A stretch of 64,000 bases of DNA from Bryobacterales bacterium (GTDB taxonomy: Bacteria > Acidobacteriota > Terriglobia > Bryobacterales > UBA6623): positions 2,176,001-2,240,000 of the forward strand of contig OY729428.2 in NCBI GenBank assembly GCA_963422375.2, read 5' to 3'. The position numbers were made by a program, and so were the translations under genes. Under the pieces are notes generated by a model. The model was not told the origin of the DNA and did not search any database. It saw nothing but the letters and a program-made list of their open reading frames with translations. Numbering within the stretch: position 1 is the first letter of the stretch; each line of letters starts with the position of its first letter. Below, piece by piece: positions 19,924-30,682 of this stretch.

Positions 19924-20758
19924 CCTCTCGGGGTAGCACGAGGACCTGCGGGGATTACGGCAGGGGCTGCCTTCCGACGCCGGTGGCTCCGGCCTGCGAT
20001 TGCGGGCGGGCCAGCGTGGCATTGGCCGTGCCAGTCCATCCCGCCGGTTCCTGCATGTTCGTCCAGGGCCATGCCCGTGCGTCACCAATGTCGTGCAACG
20101 CTGCCATCCAGTCCCTCGCCCAGTTGCGTCCGTTCGTCAAGAAATCTCGCTCGAACCCAGCGCCCTCAGCGGGACCTCGTCTCGCCACCCGAGCGCCGTG
20201 TGACGGTGCCCGTCGCGAATGGAGCACTCCTTTACGCTGATCGGATGCACCGTGGATGCGCCCGGTCAGCCCCTACGCTAGCGGAGAGCTTGGCCTAGTG
20301 TCCGCACGGATCCTGCGGGACATCCAGTGAACTCGGTGACTACCCTACAGGAGAGCAGGAAAGACCCAACTCTCCGCATCCTCCCCTAGATCCACGACGG
20401 TTTCTCCATTGCAGCTATGTGTCGGTGTCGCCGATGATCCGTTTGCCGGGAGTGGTCCGACTCTTGCGGTGTGCGGATCGATTGAATTCAAATACGAAGT
20501 CCGCACTGGCATCAGCGATGCGATGCCTGTTCCGCTGGAAGAGAGTGCCATGCTCCATAGATGTGAATCTAAGGCGATTGAGAGCATAGAGTTCGAGTGA
20601 CTTCGCTCATCAATTACCTCCGAAATATAGAGAAGATCAACTCTTCAGTCAGACGCTGTGAAGGATTCCTACAAGCTGCGACCGATGAATTCGGAGGCAG
20701 GAAGCTACGCGAGAATTAGATCTAGCCTGCTTCCGTCAAATTCAATCCATCCAGACCC

Positions 20759-22351
20759 CTACAAATCAATCGCCTTGGCGAACGTGACCGCCCGCATTCG
20801 GTAGAGACGGTCAAGAACCGACGCGGGCAGCCGCTCGTCGGTTTGGATGAGCGCGATCGCCTTGGCCGGCTCTTCCGCCGAGGTCCGTTCGGCCCGCCCC
20901 AGGGCGAAATTGGAAATGTTGATTCCGTTCTCTCCCAGAACCGTGCCGAGGCGCCCGATAACTCCTGGCACGTCCTTGTTCGTGATGTAGAGCAGGGAGC
21001 CCCCGAGGAGCGATTCCAGATAGATCCCGTCCACGCTGAGCAGGCGCGGGGAGCCGTCGGGGAAGACCGAGCCTTCGACCGAGCGTTCCAACTCCTCCGT
21101 CTTCAGTCCGAGCTTGATCGAATCGCTGAAGTGCGTGCGCCCGCGTCGCACTTCGCTCACGCCGATCGCCCGATCTCGTGCGATCTGCGAGGCATTGACG
21201 AGGTTGGCCTTCTGCGAGAGGAAGCAATTGAGCAGGCCGCTGAGAGCCGCGTTGCGAATAATCGTCGCATCGTTCTCTCCGAAATCGCCCGAATACGTGA
21301 TCTTGACGCGAACCGGCCGCCCGAGGGATGTCTGCGCGACGAAGGATCCGAGACGCTCGGCGAGCTGCAGGTACGGGGCCAGACGCCGGTACTGGTCGGC
21401 GCTCACGGACGGGGTGTTCACTGCATTCACGACAACCCCCGACAGCAAGTACTCCCGCACCTGCACCGCGATGTCGATTCCGACCTTGACTTGCGCTTCC
21501 GCGGTCGAGCCGCCGATATGCGGCGTCGCGACCATGTTTTCGTGCTGCAGCAAGGCCGCGTTCGCGGGGGGTTCGCGCTCGTAGACATCGAGCGCCACGC
21601 CTCCGACCTTGTTCGATGCGAGCGCGACCGCGAGCGCCTCCTCGTCGATCAGCGGGCCGCGCGCGCAGTTCACGATCCGCACGCCGTTCTTCATCCGCGA
21701 GATCGCCTCGGCGTTGATGAGCCGGGACGTCTCGGCCGTCAGCGAGAGGTGCAGGGTGATGTAGTCGGAACGCGCTAGGAGCGGATCGAAATCGACCAGC
21801 TCGACGCCGCAGTCCTTGGCCGCGTCGCTGGATACGAAGGGATCGTAGGCGACGACCTCCATTCCGAAGGGCTTGGCCCGGCGCGCAACCTGCCGCCCGA
21901 TGCTGCCCAAACCAATGATGCCGAGCGTCTTGCCCTGCACCTCGTTGCCTTGGTACTTCCTCCGGTCCCAGCTCCCGGCCTTGGTCGACGCGCTTGCGGC
22001 CGGCACCGATCGCGCGAGCGACAGAATCAGCGCCCATGTGTGCTCGGCCACCGAGATGGCGTTGCCGCCCGGCGTGTTCATCACGACCACCCCGCGCTCC
22101 GTCGCCGCGTCGCAGTCGATGTTGTCGACCCCGACGCCGGCCCGGCCGACCACCCTCAGGCTCGGGGCGCATTCCAGCACGTCCTTGGTAACCTTGACCG
22201 CGCTCCGGACGATCAGAGCCTCGGCACCCTCCAGATGCGAGCCGAATTCGCTGGGATTGGAGACGACGACATCGAACGACGCTTCCGCCTTCAGGAGATC
22301 GATTGCCGCTCGGTCTATCGCGTCAGCGACGAGAATCTTCACAGCTGCCAT
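20759..22351 (-). CDS. serA: D-3-phosphoglycerate dehydrogenase (with ASB and ACT domains)
   Basis: GRAGVGVDNID, NTPGGN, GIIGLGSIG, VNCARG, ATPHIGGSTAEAQ, C-terminal NKDVPGVIG...NISNF ACT domain. Confidence 0.95.
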   Translation of the reverse strand: MAAVKILVADAIDRAAIDLLKAEASFDVVVSNPSEFGSHLEGAEALIVRSAVKVTKDVLECAPSLRVVGRAGVGVDNIDCDAATERGVVVMNTPGGNAISVAEHTWALILSLARSVPAASASTKAGSWDRRKYQGNEVQGKTLGIIGLGSIGRQVARRAKPFGMEVVAYDPFVSSDAAKDCGVELVDFDPLLARSDYITLHLSLTAETSRLINAEAISRMKNGVRIVNCARGPLIDEEALAVALASNKVGGVALDVYEREPPANAALLQHENMVATPHIGGSTAEAQVKVGIDIAVQVREYLLSGVVVNAVNTPSVSADQYRRLAPYLQLAERLGSFVAQTSLGRPVRVKITYSGDFGENDATIIRNAALSGLLNCFLSQKANLVNASQIARDRAIGVSEVRRGRTHFSDSIKLGLKTEELERSVEGSVFPDGSPRLLSVDGIYLESLLGGSLLYITNKDVPGVIGRLGTVLGENGINISNFALGRAERTSAEEPAKAIALIQTDERLPASVLDRLYRMRAVTFAKAIDL

Positions 22352-23514
22352 CCCGGCTCCGCCTCCAACGCGCTGAGGTAGACCGCTTGAGCGGCCCGCA
22401 CGCCGCTGCCCGGCTCGACCTCCCGCCCGAGCATTCGCAGGATCAGCTCGAGTTCCGCGACGGTCGCGAACAGGTCATGGAAATCGAAATAGCCCAAGTG
22501 GGCGAACCGGAAAATGTGCCCCTTCATCGATCCCTGGCCGTTCGCGATGATCGACTCGAAAAGCGTCCTGAAGCCGCGCACGATCCGTCCCGAGTCGATA
22601 CCATCCGGAGCCCGGATCGCCGTGACGGCACCCGCGGGAATAGCGTCGCGCGCGAACAGCTCCAGCCCGACCGCCGCCGCGGCGTCCCTCGTCGCCTGGG
22701 CGAGGAGCTGGGCGTTGCGAACGAGCCGGTCCTTTCCGATCTTCCGGACGTAGCGCAGCGATTCGGCCAGCCCCAGCACAAGCGAGGATGCGGGCGTCCA
22801 CGGAGAATCGCCCTTCGGCCCGGCATCGATATGCCTGCGCAGGTTGAAGTAGAAGCTGGGGTTCTTCGCGAGGGCGCCCCTGCGCAGCGCCTTCTCGCTC
22901 ACCGAGCAATAGGCCAGCCCGGGAGGCACCATCAAGGCCTTCTGCGACCCTCCGATCACCACGTCCAAGCCCCACTCATCCACACGAATGGCGCTGCTCC
23001 CGAGCCCGGTGATGGCATCCACCACCATGATCGCGTCCGTCGCGGCCACGAGGCGCCCCATGGCCTCGACGTCGTGCGATACGCCGGTCGAAGATTCCGT
23101 AGCCTGAACGAACACGCCCCGGGCGTCGGGATGCCGACGCAGGGCGATCTCGACATCCTCCGGCGCGACGGACTCGCCGTACGGCTTGGCCACGGCCACC
23201 GAGTCCAGTCCGAACGCCCGGGCGATCTGCAGCCAGCGCTCTCCGAACTTACCCGCGACGCAGACGACGGCCTTGTCCCCCGGCGAGAAGAGGTTCGAGA
23301 CGGCGGCCTCCATGGCGCCGCTTCCGGACGACGCGAAGAGCGCGATGCCGTTGTCCGTGCCCATGAAGTAGTGGAGGTCCTCGATGACACCGCTGTATAT
23401 CGACCTGAAGGCGCTCGTGCGATGGTGCAGGTCCGCGGCCGCCATCGCCGTCACAGCCGCAGGCAGGAGCGGAGTCGGCCCGGGCGTGAGCAGGCGGCTC
23501 TTGCGGACGAACAT
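22339..23514 (-). CDS. Class V PLP aminotransferase (alanine-glyoxylate/serine-pyruvate family; probable phosphoserine aminotransferase role)
   Basis: RLLTPGPTP, SGSGAMEAA, GKFGERW, ESSTGV, VVDAIT, GGSQKALMVPPGL; overlaps the serA start. Confidence 0.9.
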   Translation of the reverse strand: MFVRKSRLLTPGPTPLLPAAVTAMAAADLHHRTSAFRSIYSGVIEDLHYFMGTDNGIALFASSGSGAMEAAVSNLFSPGDKAVVCVAGKFGERWLQIARAFGLDSVAVAKPYGESVAPEDVEIALRRHPDARGVFVQATESSTGVSHDVEAMGRLVAATDAIMVVDAITGLGSSAIRVDEWGLDVVIGGSQKALMVPPGLAYCSVSEKALRRGALAKNPSFYFNLRRHIDAGPKGDSPWTPASSLVLGLAESLRYVRKIGKDRLVRNAQLLAQATRDAAAAVGLELFARDAIPAGAVTAIRAPDGIDSGRIVRGFRTLFESIIANGQGSMKGHIFRFAHLGYFDFHDLFATVAELELILRMLGREVEPGSGVRAAQAVYLSALEAEPGWQL

Positions 23515-23721
23515 CGGGACTAACCTGAATCTGCGCGCGTCCCGGGGGCGGGGCTGGAAGACTGGCGGCGAACGCGAAGGCCCTAGAACGGCCCAGAAAC
23601 TCGATGCCGCCACGTTCGGCGACGGTAGGCGGCGAAACCGGGCAGGGCGGCGACTGCCTCGGCTGCTTTCTAGGTAGTGTAGCGCACGCGTCCCGGGCGA
23701 AGACCGCGAGGCCTGGCCGCG

Positions 23722-24927
23722 TCACTCGCTGCGAGCGACCACCTCGACGCCCACCTCGATCCGGTCGCCCGGGTAGGCGATCACGCGCTCGCCCGCCCGC
23801 AGCCCGGCCAGAACCTCCGCCTCGCGAGCGTTCCTGCGACCGATCCCGACATTCCGGAGGGTCGCCTGCGCGAGGTTGTCCGCCGTGTACACCGCCCATT
23901 CCTCGCCGTGGCGGAATAGACTGCTCGAGGGCACCTTCAGGACGTCGTCCTCCTCCCAGATCACCACCGAGATCTCGACCCGGTACCCGTCGCCGAGAGC
24001 CTCCCAGGCGTCGCGCACGTCGTCGAAGTCCACGATGACGTTGACCCTCTGCTCCTCGACACCTAGCGCGGAGATCTTCGTGAAGCCGAACGGCTCCACG
24101 CGGCGAACCCTGCCGCGCAGCACTCTCTCGCCGCCCCACTGCTCGATGAGAGCCTCGTCCCCTTCGGAGATCTGCACGGCATCGGCGGAGAGCATGTCCG
24201 AGACGACCTCCAGCTTCTCGGGATCGGCGATCTCCAAGAGCGGCTCGCCCGCGGCCACGACGGACTCGCTCTCCCGCAGCCGCTGCAGGACGACGCCGCT
24301 GATCGGGGACCGCAGCAGGATCACCTCGCTATCGGAGACGGGCGACGCTCCGGCCTGGATCAGGCTGGTCTTCGCCTGGGCGAGCTCCGCTTCGGCCACG
24401 CCGATGCTCGACTCGGCGGCGCGGACCGCCTCGCGGGAGGTCTCGGCTCGCAGGCGCGCCGCTGCCAGCCGATCGTCCGCGAGCAGCCCTTCCCGGTGGA
24501 GACGCTCCATCCTCTGGAACTCGACCTCCGCGTGATGCCTCTCGGCCAGCTCGAGATCCAACGCGACCCTGGCTCGCGCCACGGAGGCCTCGCTCGCCGC
24601 GACAAGCGCCCGGGCCTCGGCCAGCGTGCGCGAGTCGAGGAATCCCGGCGACGAGGGCTGGAACCTAGCCAGCACGGTGGATCCCGCAACGACTCGATCC
24701 CCCGGCTCGTGCTCGATTCTAAGCACCCGGCCGGCCAGCGGCGCGGAAACCACGTAGCGGTCCCGCACGCGCGTCTGGCCCTCTTCGCTGAGGGTGACCC
24801 GCAACCGCCCTCGCACGGCCGAGACGAAGTCTACCTCCAGCGGCTGCGGCTGGAGAGCCACATACAGGGCCGCCGCGGCTCCTGCCAGAGCCAGCCAGAC
24901 GAGAATCCGAGTCGGCCGGAGCTTCAT
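23722..24927 (-). CDS. Periplasmic adaptor (HlyD/MacA-like membrane fusion protein)
   Basis: N-terminal TM anchor, YVVSAPLAG, coiled coil, LRSPISGVVL, GFTKISALGVEEQRV. Confidence 0.9.
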   Translation of the reverse strand: MKLRPTRILVWLALAGAAAALYVALQPQPLEVDFVSAVRGRLRVTLSEEGQTRVRDRYVVSAPLAGRVLRIEHEPGDRVVAGSTVLARFQPSSPGFLDSRTLAEARALVAASEASVARARVALDLELAERHHAEVEFQRMERLHREGLLADDRLAAARLRAETSREAVRAAESSIGVAEAELAQAKTSLIQAGASPVSDSEVILLRSPISGVVLQRLRESESVVAAGEPLLEIADPEKLEVVSDMLSADAVQISEGDEALIEQWGGERVLRGRVRRVEPFGFTKISALGVEEQRVNVIVDFDDVRDAWEALGDGYRVEISVVIWEEDDVLKVPSSSLFRHGEEWAVYTADNLAQATLRNVGIGRRNAREAEVLAGLRAGERVIAYPGDRIEVGVEVVARSE

Positions 24928-24930
24928 AAC

Positions 24931-27297
24931 CTATTCCTTCGACTTGAGGACTTCCATCAGATCGAGATGGTCGAGCTTCCTGCGGACGAGCAGTCCGGAG
25001 AATGCGGCAGCGGCTAGGACGGCTACGGCGCACAGCGCGTACGTGCGGGGCGACGCGCTGAACGGGATCGTGTACAGCTCGGTCTCGAAGGCCGTGACCA
25101 GCACGCCCGAAAGGCCGTACCCGAGCAGCATGCCCAAAGGTAGCGCAAGAAACGTTAGCACGCCGAGCTCGCCCAGCAGGATCGAGGAGATCTCGCCTCG
25201 CGTGAAGCCCATCACCCGCAGGCTGGCCAATTCCCGGCTGCGCTCGGCGAGCGAGACCCGGGCGGCGTTGTACACCACTCCGAACGCGATGACCGAGGCG
25301 AACAGCACGTTGAAGAAGATCATGATGCCGATGTTCTCGGCGAAGGTCTCGGTAAACGCCTCCAAGGCGGCACCCTTCAAGCCGCTGCCGGCGATCGCCG
25401 GGGTCTCCTTCACGGCCCGGAACAGGGCGGGCAGCTGCGCGGTGTCAACAGCGAGAAAGCCGCCGGAGAGCGTCGGCCCTTCTCGCATCAGCCGCCGGAC
25501 GGCGTCGATCTCCATGTACGCGGCCTGCCCCATGTACTGGTTCACGACGCCTCGGACGGACAAGTCTTCGACCCGTCGGCGGCCGACCAGGACCTCGACC
25601 GTGACGGTGTCGCCCGGGCCGACGCCCAGAACCTTGGCGAGGCTCGACGTGAGGATCAACCCGTCGCCCGGCAGAGGGACCTGCCTCCCGCTCTCGACGT
25701 CGATGACGCGAAACAGGCGGCCGCCCTCCGACAGCCCGCTCACCGACGCCTGGCGCGCCGTGCTGCCGGACCGGATCCGGACTGGAACGCTGCGCAGCGG
25801 CTCCGCCCCGAACACCCCGGGCATGCGGGCCAGCGAGTGGATCGCTCCCGGCGAGACGGCCTCCACGAACGTCAGCTGCATGTCCTGGCGCTGGGCCAGG
25901 CGGAACTGGACGTCCATCATCACGTCGAGCGAGTCGATCATGAACGTCCCGACGATCAGCACGGCGAGGGAGCAGGCGATTCCTCCGATCGCGATCACCG
26001 AGCGCGCGGGCTGCCGCTCGATGTTGCGCAGGATGATGCGGGCCGGCTGGGAGAGCAGCGCCTGCAGGCCCGCCCGCTCGACCAAGCTGACCCGGTACCT
26101 GGCGGGCGGCTCGGGCCGCATCGCCTCGGCGGGCTGGAGCCGCACGGCCTCCCGCACCGCTGAAGTCGCGCCGAAAATGGCGGCCACGATGCCGATAACG
26201 ACCGCGCCGGCGACCACGTCCGGCTGCAGCCGGTATTCGAGGGCGGGGAAGCGGAAGAACTCGTTGTACATGCCGAGCATCTCCCGCCCGAGCAGCGCTC
26301 CCCCGACAGTGCCGGCGAAGGTCCCGGCAAGGCTGATCGCCAGCCCCCACCACGTGTAGTGGAACGCGAGGCTGCGGTTCGAGTAGCCGACCGCCTTGAG
26401 CGTCGCGATCTGCTCCCGCTGCACCGCGACGATGCGCCGCAGGACGACGTGCAAGAGGAAGGCCGCGACGCCGAGGAAGACCAGCGGGACGGCGATTCCC
26501 GCTCCCTGCAGTCCCTTGAGCTCGTTGTCCACGGACCAGTGCGACAGCTGGAGGGCACGCGGAATCGCGCCCCACCCGCCGTACGGCCGCAGCAGCTCGT
26601 CCAGGTCGCGAATCACGTCGCCCTCCGCCGCGCCCGGCATCAGCAGGAGCGCGGCATCGTTGAACCCGCCCTCCATGTCGAAGGCCGCCGCGAGAGCCCG
26701 CCGCTCCATCCAGAAGATGCCGAACCGCGAGTCGTCGGGCACGAGGTCCCCCGGCCGGATGGTGTAGACGTACTCGGGCGACAGCCCGATGCCCACGACT
26801 TCCAGCTCGCGCCGGCGGCCGTTCAGAATGGCCCGCACCGAGTCGCCCGGCCGCAGGCCGTGGGCCTGCGCGAAGCCCTCGCTGGCGATCACCTCGTCGG
26901 GGCGGCCCGGTTCGATGTAGCGACCGTCCCGCAGGGCGATGTCGTTAAGCATGTCCCGGCGGCGGCCCGGAATCGACACCAGCCGCCCCGTGGCCGGCTC
27001 GGGCATGCCCTCCACGTCCAAGGTGACGTCGACCACGGTCCGGGTTTCCGCCTGCGACACGCCCGGAATGCTCGCGATCCGGCTGGCGAGTGCGAGCGGC
27101 GCGCGCTTCAGCGACGCGAACACGTGGGCGAACCGCTGCCGCTCGTAGTAGGCGTCCCGCGTCAGGTGCAGCGAATCGAACGCGGACAGGTACATGATGA
27201 ACATCAGCACCCCGACCGCTATGACCATGCTGATGGCCGCCGCCTGGCCCTTGATGCGCCAGAGGTCGCGGAACAGCTTGCGATTCAGGGCCAGCAT
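24931..27297 (-). CDS. ABC transporter permease (duplicated MacB-PCD/FtsX domains)
   Basis: [47 protein letters not shown]. Confidence 0.9.
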   Translation of the reverse strand: MLALNRKLFRDLWRIKGQAAAISMVIAVGVLMFIMYLSAFDSLHLTRDAYYERQRFAHVFASLKRAPLALASRIASIPGVSQAETRTVVDVTLDVEGMPEPATGRLVSIPGRRRDMLNDIALRDGRYIEPGRPDEVIASEGFAQAHGLRPGDSVRAILNGRRRELEVVGIGLSPEYVYTIRPGDLVPDDSRFGIFWMERRALAAAFDMEGGFNDAALLLMPGAAEGDVIRDLDELLRPYGGWGAIPRALQLSHWSVDNELKGLQGAGIAVPLVFLGVAAFLLHVVLRRIVAVQREQIATLKAVGYSNRSLAFHYTWWGLAISLAGTFAGTVGGALLGREMLGMYNEFFRFPALEYRLQPDVVAGAVVIGIVAAIFGATSAVREAVRLQPAEAMRPEPPARYRVSLVERAGLQALLSQPARIILRNIERQPARSVIAIGGIACSLAVLIVGTFMIDSLDVMMDVQFRLAQRQDMQLTFVEAVSPGAIHSLARMPGVFGAEPLRSVPVRIRSGSTARQASVSGLSEGGRLFRVIDVESGRQVPLPGDGLILTSSLAKVLGVGPGDTVTVEVLVGRRRVEDLSVRGVVNQYMGQAAYMEIDAVRRLMREGPTLSGGFLAVDTAQLPALFRAVKETPAIAGSGLKGAALEAFTETFAENIGIMIFFNVLFASVIAFGVVYNAARVSLAERSRELASLRVMGFTRGEISSILLGELGVLTFLALPLGMLLGYGLSGVLVTAFETELYTIPFSASPRTYALCAVAVLAAAAFSGLLVRRKLDHLDLMEVLKSKE

Positions 27298-27300
27298 GGG

Positions 27301-28059
27301 CTACCAGCTGAGTTGGCTGGCCGGAATCTTCTCGCCGTTCGCCCGGTCGGCCACGATGCGCCCGTCCGACAGCTGCACCACGCGGTCGGCGATCGCCGCC
27401 ACCGCCGCGTTGTGCGTGATCACGGCGGTCGCGGTGCCGAGCTCCAGGTTGATCCGCTCGATGGCCTCGAGCACTACCACGCCGGTCGAGATGTCCAGCG
27501 CGCCCGTGGGCTCGTCGCACAGGAGCACCTCCGGCCGCTTGGCGATCGCGCGAGCGATCGCGACGCGCTGCTGCTCGCCCCCCGACATCTGGGCGGGGAA
27601 GTGATTCATGCGCTCTCCGAGTCCCACGATCTGCAGCGCGTCCGCCGGGGGCATGGGATCGCGCGCGATCTCGGTTACGAGAGCGACGTTCTCCCTTGCG
27701 GTCAGGCTCGGGATCAGGTTGTAGAACTGGAAGACGAAGCCGACGTGCGAGCGGCGGTACGCGGTCCGGGTCGCGTCGTCGGCCCCGCTCAGGTCGCGCC
27801 CGCGATAGGTCACGCGCCCCGCCGTCGGCGTGTCCAAGCCCCCGAGGATGTTCAGCAAGGTCGACTTCCCGCTGCCCGAAGGTCCCAGGAGGACAATGAA
27901 TTCCGACGCGCGCAGGCGCAGATCGACGCCCCGCAGGGCGTGGACCTTCACGGCGCCCATCTCGTAGACCTTCGTGACGCCCGCGACTTCGAACACCACC
28001 TCCGAACCCTGATCGAGCCCCGGTTCCGCGTCCCGAAGCTGCGGTGTCGCTCGGTTCAC
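27301..28059 (-). CDS. ABC transporter ATP-binding protein (MacB/LolD type)
   Basis: Walker [19 protein letters not shown], signature MSGGEQQR, Walker [16 protein letters not shown]. Confidence 0.95.
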   Translation of the reverse strand: MNRATPQLRDAEPGLDQGSEVVFEVAGVTKVYEMGAVKVHALRGVDLRLRASEFIVLLGPSGSGKSTLLNILGGLDTPTAGRVTYRGRDLSGADDATRTAYRRSHVGFVFQFYNLIPSLTARENVALVTEIARDPMPPADALQIVGLGERMNHFPAQMSGGEQQRVAIARAIAKRPEVLLCDEPTGALDISTGVVVLEAIERINLELGTATAVITHNAAVAAIADRVVQLSDGRIVADRANGEKIPASQLSW

Positions 28060-28238
28060 ACGTTTCCCGCGAACGGCGCCGCCGGCCGCCCCGCCCTTGA
28101 GTCTATGTCACGGCGGCTGCGAGAACGCGGAACGACCCCCAGGCGGCCGACCGCCCTGCGGGCCATTCGGGCGGATCCATTCCGCCAGCGTGTCGCGAGC
28201 CCTGGCCGGATGAGCTCCCATGCCCCGGCGGCGGCACT

Positions 28239-29078
28239 CTAGTCACCGGCGGCACGCAGCTCGCGGTGAACTCTGGCAACCTGCCACATGTAATTCCCGG
28301 GCATCCTGACATCGACCGCCCTTCCGACATGCCGGGCGGACAGTGCCGTGTTCCCGAACGCCTCGTGGTACAGCCCCAAGTAAAGGTGTGCGTAGAACAG
28401 GGGGCTCCCGGTCCCACCCGCCTTTTCCGCGGCCCGCAGGACATCGGCCGCCGAGCCCTCTCCGGAGAACAGCCTGAAGACCTCCCTCATGGGGACGCGG
28501 CCGTCCCGGCCGACCGGAATCAGGGCCGAGCGGGCCCTCTCGAATCCGTCCCGAGCGGCGACGCAGAGGAAGTGCCAGACCGAATTCTCCACGTCCTGGG
28601 GGTTGACCGTGCGATGGATCTCGAACTGCCTCACGCAGTCGTCGAGCCGTCGCGAGTAGTAGTGGGAGATCCCGCGCTGCCACAGCTGCGCGGCGAGGCT
28701 CTCGTCCAGTTGCGCGGCTGCGTCGAAGGCCTCGATCGATCCCTCCATATCGCCGGCCTTGAATCGAGCCCCGCCCAGCGCAACCAATATTCCCGGCTCG
28801 CTCGGTTCCAGGTGCGCGAGCCGGTCGAAGTCGGCCGCCGCCCCGGCGTACTCCTCGAGCCGCTCGCGGGCATTGCCCCGGATCCACAGGGCCGTTGGGT
28901 CCGGCGGACCCTCCCGCTGCAGAACCGTGGTGGCAGTGCCAGCAGCCCCCGCGGCATCCCCTCCACGCAGCGCCGCCAGCGCCTCGGCGAGCGATTCCGC
29001 CGGGTCGCCCTGGGCAACAGCCGTCGGAACGACGGCCAGGAGCGTGGCCAACGCCAGCAATACCGCCAGTCCGCGCAC
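28239..29078 (-). CDS. Secreted NlpI-like TPR protein
   Basis: Start placed at GTG 29078, giving signal peptide VRGLAVLLALATLLAVVPTAVA with a TACACT -10 at 29111-29116; TPRs; WQRGISHYY, NPQDVENSVWHFLC, YAHLYLGLY. Confidence 0.75.
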   Translation of the reverse strand: MRGLAVLLALATLLAVVPTAVAQGDPAESLAEALAALRGGDAAGAAGTATTVLQREGPPDPTALWIRGNARERLEEYAGAAADFDRLAHLEPSEPGILVALGGARFKAGDMEGSIEAFDAAAQLDESLAAQLWQRGISHYYSRRLDDCVRQFEIHRTVNPQDVENSVWHFLCVAARDGFERARSALIPVGRDGRVPMREVFRLFSGEGSAADVLRAAEKAGGTGSPLFYAHLYLGLYHEAFGNTALSARHVGRAVDVRMPGNYMWQVARVHRELRAAGD

Positions 29079-29209
29079 CGAATGCCGCTCGTGATAGACG
29101 AACGTAGCGTAGTGTAGCGATACTGACGGGGCATTCCCGGCGGCACGGCGGGCTGCGTCGCAGAGGCGCCGGGAACATATAATCGATTCTTGCGCCGGTT
29201 TTCTCGGCA

Positions 29210-30682
29210 ATGCCCGAATTAGACGCCAGTTCCGGTCTCGTAGAGACGCTCGTGCGCCACTGCCGCGGGCGGGTCGCGGCCCATATTCGCTGGCAGGAAG
29301 GCTTTCTAGGGCTCGCTGTCCTGCTCGCCGGAGCTTGCGCCTTGCTCCTGATGGGCACGCGCTACGTGCCTGTCGCGATGCTGCCCTTGGCGGCGGCCCT
29401 CGGAGCTTGGCTGGCCGTCCAGCGGTGGAAAACCGGCGTGCCCGGCCCCTACGCGGTAGCCCAGATCATCGACGAGCGGGAAGATTTGCTCGACCAGATC
29501 TCCACGGCCTACTACTTCCGCTCGGCACCCGGCGGGCCCGTCGCGCGCCCGGTCGCGGCATCGCAGTACGAGCAGGCCGTCCGGTCGGCCGCGGGCCTGC
29601 GGCCCGCGGCAATCTTCCCCCGAGCGATACCCGTGACGCGGCGCGCGGCCATTGCGCTGGTGGGGGTCGCCGCGCTGCTGCTCGGCCTGCGCGTGAGCCT
29701 GCAGCCGGCGGTGTCGTTCGAGCCGCCGCTGGCGTCTCTGCTGATGTCGTCGCTGTTCGGATTCCCGCCCCAGCGGCCGCCCGCCGAGCTTGATCGAGCG
29801 GCCCTGATCGACGAGCAGGCCGACGCCGAGAATGCGTCCGAGGAGGAGCTCGAGGCACCTCCCGCGGGCACCTCCGAGGGAAGCGACACCCGGCTGGCCG
29901 CCGAGGAATACGAGGACCCGCCCTCCGATTCGGACGAGATGCCGGAGGTGGAGGGCTTGATCACGGTGCCGCTGGAGGAGCCCGGCATCGACGCGCTGGG
30001 GGAGGACCCGTCCGTGCAGGGGGACCGGGCCGAGGCCGGATCCGCTGCGGGGGAGGACGCCGAAGTGCCGCCCGATCCGGAAGGCGACGGTTGGAACGAG
30101 GAGGCCCAGAGTCTCCTCGACAAGCTCAAGGAAGCCTTCGACAACATGCTGCAGACGCTGGACATGGCCTCGGTCGAGAGCGCGGACTCGGCGGCCGGCA
30201 AGGAACAGGGAAGCGGCACCAGCGAGCAAGCCCAGTCGGCCGGCGACCCGGCCGAGGCCGGCGACCCGGAGATGGCGTCGGAGTCCGGCAGCGCGAGCAT
30301 GGAGGGGGGCGAGCCCGGCCAAGAGGCAGCCGAATCGGCGTCGGTGGGGAACACCGGCGGCGAGGACAGCACCGGGGACAGCAGCAGCAGCGAGAACGCA
30401 TCGGCTGCCGGGACCAGCGACGGCTCCAAGGAACTTGCCGAGGCCGAGCAGTTGGAGGTCCTCGGAGCGCTCGAGGAACTCTACATGGAGCGCGCCGAGA
30501 ACATGACCGGCGAGGTCACGATCGAGACGCGGCTGGCGGAGCAGCACGCCAGCGTGCCATACAACCAGCGGTCAACGACGCATGCGGACGGCGGGGGCAC
30601 GATCAGCAGGGACGAGATCCCGGCACCCTATCGGACCTACATCCGCAACTATTTCGAGACACTCAGAAGGAATGCTGAATAG
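29210..30682 (+). CDS. Membrane-anchored protein with long acidic low-complexity region (MoxR-associated)
   Basis: Three N-terminal hydrophobic segments, D.ISTA motif, E/D/S/G-rich middle, C-terminal IPAPYRTYIRNYF; abuts moxR; TATAAT at 29178-29183. Confidence 0.75.
   Translation: MPELDASSGLVETLVRHCRGRVAAHIRWQEGFLGLAVLLAGACALLLMGTRYVPVAMLPLAAALGAWLAVQRWKTGVPGPYAVAQIIDEREDLLDQISTAYYFRSAPGGPVARPVAASQYEQAVRSAAGLRPAAIFPRAIPVTRRAAIALVGVAALLLGLRVSLQPAVSFEPPLASLLMSSLFGFPPQRPPAELDRAALIDEQADAENASEEELEAPPAGTSEGSDTRLAAEEYEDPPSDSDEMPEVEGLITVPLEEPGIDALGEDPSVQGDRAEAGSAAGEDAEVPPDPEGDGWNEEAQSLLDKLKEAFDNMLQTLDMASVESADSAAGKEQGSGTSEQAQSAGDPAEAGDPEMASESGSASMEGGEPGQEAAESASVGNTGGEDSTGDSSSSENASAAGTSDGSKELAEAEQLEVLGALEELYMERAENMTGEVTIETRLAEQHASVPYNQRSTTHADGGGTISRDEIPAPYRTYIRNYFETLRRNAE

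Noticed and set aside
29103..29119. Short tandem GTAGC/GTAGT/GTAGC repeat
   Set aside because: Better explained as a minus-strand TACACT -10 element; the same TAGTGTAGC occurs at 23675-23683
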